In this document: in pieces, positions 58,044-64,000 of the stretch
Numbering within the stretch: position 1 is the first letter of the stretch
Layout: each line of letters begins with the position of its first letter
From: Candidatus Omnitrophota bacterium
GTDB taxonomy: Bacteria > Omnitrophota > Gorgyraeia > Duberdicusellales > 4484-171
DNA: 64,000 bases
Direction: 5' to 3'
Assembly (NCBI GenBank): GCA_037146775.1
Contig: JBAWWL010000006.1
Location: 15,120-79,119 of the forward strand
The notes under the pieces: generated by a model
What the model was told of the DNA's origin: nothing
The model's input: the letters and a program-made list of their open reading frames with translations, nothing else
The model's database searches: none
Made by a program: the position numbers and the translations under genes

Positions 58044-58888
58044 CGTTGAATTTCCTCCTCTAACATAACGCCAAATTTATGATATACCGCATCCTTGATA
58101 TGGCCTATAAGATAATTTACATCGTCGCATGAAGCATTTTTAAGATTGATAATAAAATTTGCATGCCTCATCGAAATCTGAGCGTCGTTTTTCTTCAAAC
58201 CCTTCAAGCCGCAGGCATCAATAAGAAAACCGGCTGCCGCGCTGGCTGTGTTTTTAAAAATACAGCCACAACTAGGATATTGATAATCCTGAGTCTTCAT
58301 GCGCTCTCTAATGTAATACCCCACAGACGCTTTTATATTTGCGGTACGCGGTAAAACAAACCATGCGCGTAATACTATTGATTCTTGCAACGAAGACTGC
58401 CGATACCCAAGTGTGATTTCTTCTTTTGGTATTTTTTTCACTGTACCATTTACATCCATAACCTCAATTTCTTTTAAGAAATGTGTTACGCCTCTGCCGA
58501 AAGCCGACGCATTCATCGCGATGAGGCCACCGACAGTCGCCGGGATAGCCGCCAAGTTATCAAAACCGGCAAGTTTATGTTGTATCGTATAGCGTATAAC
58601 TTTTGAAAGCATAGTACATGCGCCAACTTCCAAGGTAGTATCAACGGAAGTTATATAGTCGAAGCCTCCGCCCAGCTTTATCACTGCTTTCTTAATCGGC
58701 CCATCGCTGGCCAAAAGGTTTGAACCACCGCCCAATAAATAATACGCGCCTTGCAGCCGCTTAACTACTTTTTGTAACCCTTCCATATTATGCGCGATAA
58801 AGAAAAAAGGCACCTGACCGCCTATTTTTATGGTGGTAAGATGTTTTAAAACGCAATTATGCCTTAACTCTAGAGCGCTCGAACTCAT
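58034..58888 (-). CDS. murB: UDP-N-acetylmuramate dehydrogenase
   Basis: TTIKIGG, GGGSNLL, IPATVGG..AMNA, YRQS, GCIFKN, HANFIIN; start uncertain. Confidence 0.92.
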   Translation of the reverse strand: MSSSALELRHNCVLKHLTTIKIGGQVPFFFIAHNMEGLQKVVKRLQGAYYLLGGGSNLLASDGPIKKAVIKLGGGFDYITSVDTTLEVGACTMLSKVIRYTIQHKLAGFDNLAAIPATVGGLIAMNASAFGRGVTHFLKEIEVMDVNGTVKKIPKEEITLGYRQSSLQESIVLRAWFVLPRTANIKASVGYYIRERMKTQDYQYPSCGCIFKNTASAAAGFLIDACGLKGLKKNDAQISMRHANFIINLKNASCDDVNYLIGHIKDAVYHKFGVMLEEEIQRWD

Positions 58889-60236
58889 TAACAATACCAT
58901 CCATAATAGTGTTGATATCACCCGCCCCTAAACCCATCACCAGATCCCCTGGTTCTAGCCGGGGAGGAATGATATCGACAAGTTCCTCTTTGGCCACATG
59001 CTGTATGTTACCTCTAAAATATTTTTTAATCTCCTCCAGGAGAAAATGCGCGTCTACGCCCGCGATTGGTTTCTCTGACGCCGCATAAATATCCGTCACG
59101 ATCAACTCATCAACAGCGCCAAAGCAACGCGCAAATTCTTTATAAAGCGCTTCAACACGAGAAAAACGATGCGGTTGAAAGATAACAAAAAGACGCTTCG
59201 GCCGCAAATACCGCGCTGCGTTAAGCACTGCGGCTATTTCGGTAGGATGGTGTGCATAATCATCAACAAAAATAACATCGTTTAGTTTCTTCTTAACCTG
59301 AAAACGCCTTTTCGTCCCCTTGAAACCCTTCAAAAGGTTTACTACTTTAGCTACGTCCTCGCCCATATACAAGAAAAAGGAAATAACCGCAAGTGTATTT
59401 AAAACATTGTGCGTACCTAAAAGCGGTATACTCACAGGGCATATATATATATGGTCCACAAAAAGATCAAAACAAGTAAAATTCCCGTCAAACGTAACAT
59501 TAGCGGCGCTTACTTTATTATGCGCCCCAAAACCATAAAGAGTTCCTCCTGCTTTCTGCACAATATCCATAACTGTCGGTTCGTCTCCGCAGCCGATAAC
59601 CATACCTTTTGTTTGGTACGCAAACTGCAAAAAGCTTTTCTGTAAATCCTCTATCGTACGATAATAATCAAGATGTTCATGGTCTATATTGGTAATGATC
59701 GACACCCACGGATTATAATATAAAAAACTTCCGTCGCTTTCGTCGGTTTCAATAACGAAATAATCCTGTCCCCACCACGCATGGCGTGCATAATTCAAAG
59801 GCAATCCTCCCACAAAAACAGTGGGCTCATACCCCAAAGAAGTCATTAAATAGCCGATTAAGGAAGTAGTGGTGGTCTTGCCGTGGCTGCCGCTTACAGC
59901 GATAGCTTTCTTATCCCAGGAAAGCAATCCTAAAAGTTTACCGCGGGGTAAAATCGTCACCCCTCTTCTTTGCGCTTCTTGAATTTCCGGGTTATCCTGT
60001 TTGATGGCCGAAGAATAACACACCAGGTCAACATCAGCGCTCATATGCTCGCTGCAATGTCCGATAAAAACCTCAATACCGTTTTCCCGAAGCAACTTAA
60101 TCGTATAGTTTTCGTGCACATCTGAACCGCTGACATTAAACCCCTTATCTTTTAAAAGAAGCGCCAGGCCGCCCACCCCGATACCGCCGATACCTACAAG
60201 ATAGATATGTTTTACTCCTGATAGAACTGCTTCCAT
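58857..60236 (-). CDS. murC: UDP-N-acetylmuramate--L-alanine ligase
   Basis: GIGGIG, GSHGKTTTT, ETDESDGSF, DDYAHHPTEI, FQPHRFSR. Confidence 0.95.
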   Translation of the reverse strand: MEAVLSGVKHIYLVGIGGIGVGGLALLLKDKGFNVSGSDVHENYTIKLLRENGIEVFIGHCSEHMSADVDLVCYSSAIKQDNPEIQEAQRRGVTILPRGKLLGLLSWDKKAIAVSGSHGKTTTTSLIGYLMTSLGYEPTVFVGGLPLNYARHAWWGQDYFVIETDESDGSFLYYNPWVSIITNIDHEHLDYYRTIEDLQKSFLQFAYQTKGMVIGCGDEPTVMDIVQKAGGTLYGFGAHNKVSAANVTFDGNFTCFDLFVDHIYICPVSIPLLGTHNVLNTLAVISFFLYMGEDVAKVVNLLKGFKGTKRRFQVKKKLNDVIFVDDYAHHPTEIAAVLNAARYLRPKRLFVIFQPHRFSRVEALYKEFARCFGAVDELIVTDIYAASEKPIAGVDAHFLLEEIKKYFRGNIQHVAKEELVDIIPPRLEPGDLVMGLGAGDINTIMDGIVNEFERSRVKA

Positions 60237-60997
60237 TGCGTCTCTAGCTCCTCCCTGCCGTTGATGGAACTGTAACTTTTTGATAAAGCCTCGTCAAAGC
60301 CACAGCCTTGACGTAAAAAATACAATACATTATAAAAGTTATCACCCGAACCTTTCTTGATAAGAAAATGTATAATGGAATATGACTGGAGATAAAAAAC
60401 ATCAACATATTCTTTAGGCTTACCGTCAAGTGTTGCGGGCCCCATCTGATACAATTCTGAAAACGGTATGTATTGATTGTGTTCAATGGTTGTTTTTAGG
60501 GTTGAAAGTTCTGCCTCATAGGAACTACCCCCGTGTTTAGCATCAACATACATCGCAACGCCTTCATCAAACCACAGCGGTAATTTTCCCTCACCAACAT
60601 ATTCGCGAAAAATGATGTGCACCAACTCATGGCGCAGCAGCGAAGAAAAGTTATCTTGATGGGGATACGTATAAATTGTTTTTTGCCGGTAGTCCACGCA
60701 GGCGCCCGACCATTCGGAACAAGGAAAGCTGGCAAGATAATCGTTTTTGTCTTTCGCTATAATAATTTTTGCCCGGTTATCCCACAACCACAAGGTATCC
60801 CGCACGAGGCGAAATTCCTGAGTGACGCTTTTATAAAAATCCTCAGCCATGTCTTTGACGGTATACACATAGCTTTCGTCTAATTCTCGAGGCGAAATGA
60901 TCACGAAATGGTCTGAACGTAATTCCTTTTGATCGCTAGCTTCTACCGGCATACTCACCACACACATACCCACGAGCATGAACACAAAATTCTTCAA
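60212..60997 (-). CDS. Exported peptidase MA-like (gluzincin) protein
   Basis: Signal peptide, HELVH (HExxH), LPLWFDEGVA. Confidence 0.85.
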   Translation of the reverse strand: MKNFVFMLVGMCVVSMPVEASDQKELRSDHFVIISPRELDESYVYTVKDMAEDFYKSVTQEFRLVRDTLWLWDNRAKIIIAKDKNDYLASFPCSEWSGACVDYRQKTIYTYPHQDNFSSLLRHELVHIIFREYVGEGKLPLWFDEGVAMYVDAKHGGSSYEAELSTLKTTIEHNQYIPFSELYQMGPATLDGKPKEYVDVFYLQSYSIIHFLIKKGSGDNFYNVLYFLRQGCGFDEALSKSYSSINGREELETQWKQFYQE

Positions 60998-61997
60998 ATG
61001 GCACCCCCAGCCGTACGGTTCTTAACTTTGCCGCTATCTCACGTTGCAGATCGCCGTTAAAAAGAAGTTTCTTTACAGTATCACGAAATATATGAAACGA
61101 AAAATCATGCTGCATCATTACAAACGCTGCTCCCTGCCGTGTAAGATACTCAGCGTTCTGCCGCTGATGCCCTCCGGCTGCCGGATGCGGAATAAGCACC
61201 GACGGCAATGCATAATAACAAATTTCTGCTATGGTGGAAGCGCCCGATCTGGCAATCACCACGCTCGCGGCGCTATAGAGCAATTCCATCTCATAGTAAA
61301 AACTACGCACTAATGCCTTTTGTTCTATTGTATTATACATTTTCGAAATTTCAAAGTATTCTCTTTCGCCGGTCAAATGAATGATTTGATAGGAACCGTG
61401 AAGGTCTGAAACGAGTCGCATGAAAATGCTGTTCAAAAAAGAAGAACCCTGGCTTCCGCCAAAACAAAGAATTACCGGTATATCATCAAAACCCAACGCA
61501 CACAAAGCTTCCTTCCTGGAAATTTTCCTTATATTAGAACGCAAGGGTATACCGATGGTTTTTTCCTTAGGTTTTTGCCCTCCCTCCTCAAACCCTCGCC
61601 AGATGTTACGAACGAATAGCGACAAAATCCGGTTTGCCTTGCCAAAAGTAACGTTAGGCTCATATATCACTGTATTAAGTAAAAATAAGGAGCCGAACAA
61701 TATTAAGAAAAAACTGTCCCTACCTCCAAAACCAATGACCACCTGCGGCCTTAACCGCGCTATCAGATAAAGAGCCTCAACGGCACGATAAGGCAACTCC
61801 AGAAAAATATTTCTTGAACGAAAACTCTTGCCATACACCGCAAACGCCTCTTTGACTACATAGGCCTTAAGAGAATCTGAGGTTACAAAAAATGAGATAT
61901 GCATTGCTTGGGCGGGCGGCTGGCTAAGGCACTTCCCTAATGTCAGTGCAGGAAATATGTGCCCGCCGCTCCTATCACATGCCAGTAAAACTCTCAT
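60936..61997 (-). CDS. murG: Undecaprenyl-PP-MurNAc-pentapeptide GlcNAc transferase
   Basis: SGGHIFPA, GFGG, YEPN...GKANR, GIPLR, FGGSQGS, RSGASTIAE, HQ..NA. Confidence 0.9.
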   Translation of the reverse strand: MRVLLACDRSGGHIFPALTLGKCLSQPPAQAMHISFFVTSDSLKAYVVKEAFAVYGKSFRSRNIFLELPYRAVEALYLIARLRPQVVIGFGGRDSFFLILFGSLFLLNTVIYEPNVTFGKANRILSLFVRNIWRGFEEGGQKPKEKTIGIPLRSNIRKISRKEALCALGFDDIPVILCFGGSQGSSFLNSIFMRLVSDLHGSYQIIHLTGEREYFEISKMYNTIEQKALVRSFYYEMELLYSAASVVIARSGASTIAEICYYALPSVLIPHPAAGGHQRQNAEYLTRQGAAFVMMQHDFSFHIFRDTVKKLLFNGDLQREIAAKLRTVRLGVPFEEFCVHARGYVCGEYAGRS

Positions 61998-62020
61998 ATT
62001 TTATATACACCTCTGGAATG

Positions 62021-62815
62021 CTACAAAAGATAAAACCTTCGCCATGACTCTTCAAATTGAGCCATACCGTCTATCCCGTTAAAAGACTTTCTCAACGCAT
62101 CATCAAGGCTATTACCATCTTTAAGATAACTCAAAAATTCACTGAAATCTTCACGGCTGAAACGTTTTATCAAAAAATAGACCATGCAAAATGCCTGCGC
62201 ATAGAAAAGCCCAACATCGGTATTGTTACCAAGGGTATAAATGCCGTTGATATCGGAAAATTTCAGGTATCGGTTGCCCGGTATCAACTGCTTCATCAGC
62301 GAAACAGCGGATTGCTCATTGAGTGAATCACGATATTCGATGTACTGGGCCATTCCTTCGTCCAGCCATAACGGTAAACGGTTATAACCGACGTATTCAC
62401 GAAAAATAATATGGGTCAGCTCATGGGAGAGTATACGGGAGAAGTTTTCTTGCCCCGGAAACGTATACATTATCCTGTTATAGTAATCTACGCAAGCACC
62501 TGACCATTCTGGGCAGCCAAAAGCCCGCACGTAAGTCTCTTTGTCTTTCGCTATAACTATCTGCGCCCTATTGCTCCACGCCCACAATGCCGCCCTGGTA
62601 AGCCCAAACTCCTGAACAATTTTACGATAAAAATATTCTGCGTCGTCCTTGATTTTATAAACTATAGTTTCTGCTTGTGGCGCATAAAGTATTACAAAAT
62701 GATCGGAACGTAATTCTTTATACTCTTTTGTCTGCGCGTCTACCCTTAAAGATGCGGTAGCGCTCCAGAGAATCGCCACCGCCATAACTATCGCTTTCTT
62801 CATGCGCACCCCCAT
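62021..62815 (-). CDS. Exported peptidase MA-like (gluzincin) protein, paralog of 60212-60997
   Basis: Signal peptide, HELTH, LPLWLDEGMA; shares KELRSDHFVI, NRA.I.IAKDK, EWSGACVDY, HIIFREYVG with its paralog. Confidence 0.85.
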   Translation of the reverse strand: MGVRMKKAIVMAVAILWSATASLRVDAQTKEYKELRSDHFVILYAPQAETIVYKIKDDAEYFYRKIVQEFGLTRAALWAWSNRAQIVIAKDKETYVRAFGCPEWSGACVDYYNRIMYTFPGQENFSRILSHELTHIIFREYVGYNRLPLWLDEGMAQYIEYRDSLNEQSAVSLMKQLIPGNRYLKFSDINGIYTLGNNTDVGLFYAQAFCMVYFLIKRFSREDFSEFLSYLKDGNSLDDALRKSFNGIDGMAQFEESWRRFYLL

Positions 62816-62824
62816 TATCCGACA

Positions 62825-63949
62825 CTATGTCAAATCTTCTTCACTTCGAGAGGCATTAAAAAACAGTCCAAGCAAAACATAGTGCACAATAAGATTACTG
62901 CCGCCATAGCTCACAAAAGGAAGCGGCAACCCTTTCGTAGGAAAAAGACCGCAGCTTACGCCCATATTAACAGCTATCTCTAAAAAGAAAATAAGTATCA
63001 CCCCTAAAAGAATACTCTGACGAAAATCATCCCGGCAGTTTTTAGCGATATCTATCATTCTGTGAAAAAGAACTAAAAAGACGGCTACGAGCCCAAGCGA
63101 ACCAAGCAAACCGAATTCCTCTGCGATAATGGAAAAAATAAAATCGGTGTGGGCGGCCGGAAGAAAAAACAGTTTCTGCCTCCCTTCTCCCAATCCTACA
63201 CCCCACAGCCCTCCCTGGCCATACGCAATTTGGGATTGGATTAACTGGAAACCCGCATCACGCGGGTCCGCAAAAGGATTAAGATAGCCGGTAATTCTTC
63301 GAAAACGATAGGGATAAAATGTGATAAGGAAAAAAGAAAGAATAGCTCCGAGAGCAATAACAAAAAGCAGGTGCCGGCCGCGCGCATGATGCATAAAAAG
63401 AAAAAGAAGCGTCCAGACGATCCAAAACATTGCAGTTCCCAGATCGGGCTGTAATACCACCGATACGCATATCAATCCCATAACGATACCTAGGGGGATC
63501 AAAGTTCTGGCTTTTCTGATCAGCATTTTCCTCTTTATGACATAATCAACGCAATACATTAAAAAGAAAATTTTTAGCAACTCGGAAGGTTGGAAATTGA
63601 ACCCGCCAAGAGTAAACCATCGCCGCGCACCGCCGGCTTTTTTACCGATTATCAAAAGTACGAGTAAAATAAAAATTGTCGCAAACAAAAATTCTTTCGC
63701 ATGCGCACGCAAAAAATCAAGATCACACAAAAGTGTCAGGAAGAATAGTACCAATCCCGCTATAAAGAAAATAAACTGCTTCTTAAAGAAAGAGGCAGGA
63801 TCGGATGTAGTTTTGTACGCATAAAGGCTGGAAGATTCGTACACCATAAGCGTACCGAAAAGCGTCAGGAACAATACCAGTAGAAAAATGAACCTGCGCT
63901 CCTTGCGCAAATCTTTCGGATGAGCAACGCTTACATATGAATCGTACAT
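62825..63949 (-). CDS. ftsW: Peptidoglycan polymerase FtsW
   Basis: GARRWF, FQPSELLK, QPDLGT, LPAAHTDFIFSIIAEE, PTKGLPLPFVSYGGS. Confidence 0.95.
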   Translation of the reverse strand: MYDSYVSVAHPKDLRKERRFIFLLVLFLTLFGTLMVYESSSLYAYKTTSDPASFFKKQFIFFIAGLVLFFLTLLCDLDFLRAHAKEFLFATIFILLVLLIIGKKAGGARRWFTLGGFNFQPSELLKIFFLMYCVDYVIKRKMLIRKARTLIPLGIVMGLICVSVVLQPDLGTAMFWIVWTLLFLFMHHARGRHLLFVIALGAILSFFLITFYPYRFRRITGYLNPFADPRDAGFQLIQSQIAYGQGGLWGVGLGEGRQKLFFLPAAHTDFIFSIIAEEFGLLGSLGLVAVFLVLFHRMIDIAKNCRDDFRQSILLGVILIFFLEIAVNMGVSCGLFPTKGLPLPFVSYGGSNLIVHYVLLGLFFNASRSEEDLT

Positions 63950-63968
63950 ATTTGCAGTTTGACGGCCA

Positions 63969-64000
63969 CTAGGCCCATAAACTATTCACTGTCTCTATAA
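63969..64000 (-). CDS. Probable 3' end of an upstream gene (position suggests murD)
   Basis: Reads ...IETVNSLWA* just upstream of ftsW; assignment rests on dcw gene order only. Confidence 0.3.
   Translation of the reverse strand, partial: IETVNSLWA

Overview
Chromosomal window of a moderately AT-rich bacterium (GC roughly low-40s % by eye) using the standard code, with almost all genes on the minus strand. Gene style and content (group 4 hydrogenase, NfnAB, many HD-GYP/PilZ proteins, peptidase MA-like genes) suggest an anaerobe such as Candidatus Omnitrophota; this is inference only. From left to right it holds: (1) a type II fatty-acid/polyketide module (KS, FabZ, FabG and a catalytically dead KS resembling a chain-length factor); (2) a candidate ~65-nt sRNA; (3) ygiQ, prsW and rlmD; (4) a 9-gene uncharacterised biosynthesis/modification cluster (DegT aminotransferase, two EamA/SMR-like proteins, a CrtI-like oxidoreductase broken by one in-frame TAG, esterase, GNAT, ureohydrolase-like protein, class III aminotransferase, HAD-IB phosphatase); (5) a reduced YdbH/YnbE-YdbL envelope system and an orphan GroES; (6) a PilZ-PilZ-HD-GYP module; (7) a tightly packed mgtA - group 4 [NiFe]-hydrogenase - hycI - exbBD run containing inverted 7-bp repeat arrays; (8) a nitrogen block (nfnAB-gdhA, glnA, GAF-ANTAR) with a visible ANTAR-type attenuator; (9) glycolipid genes and further c-di-GMP genes; (10) an unusual dcw cluster, with two HExxH peptidases flanking murG and a degenerate FtsA followed by a HEAT-like/HD-GYP pair instead of ftsZ. 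About ten sigma70-like promoters share a 16-bp spacer, and several look leaderless. No tRNA, rRNA, CRISPR array or transposase was recognised.
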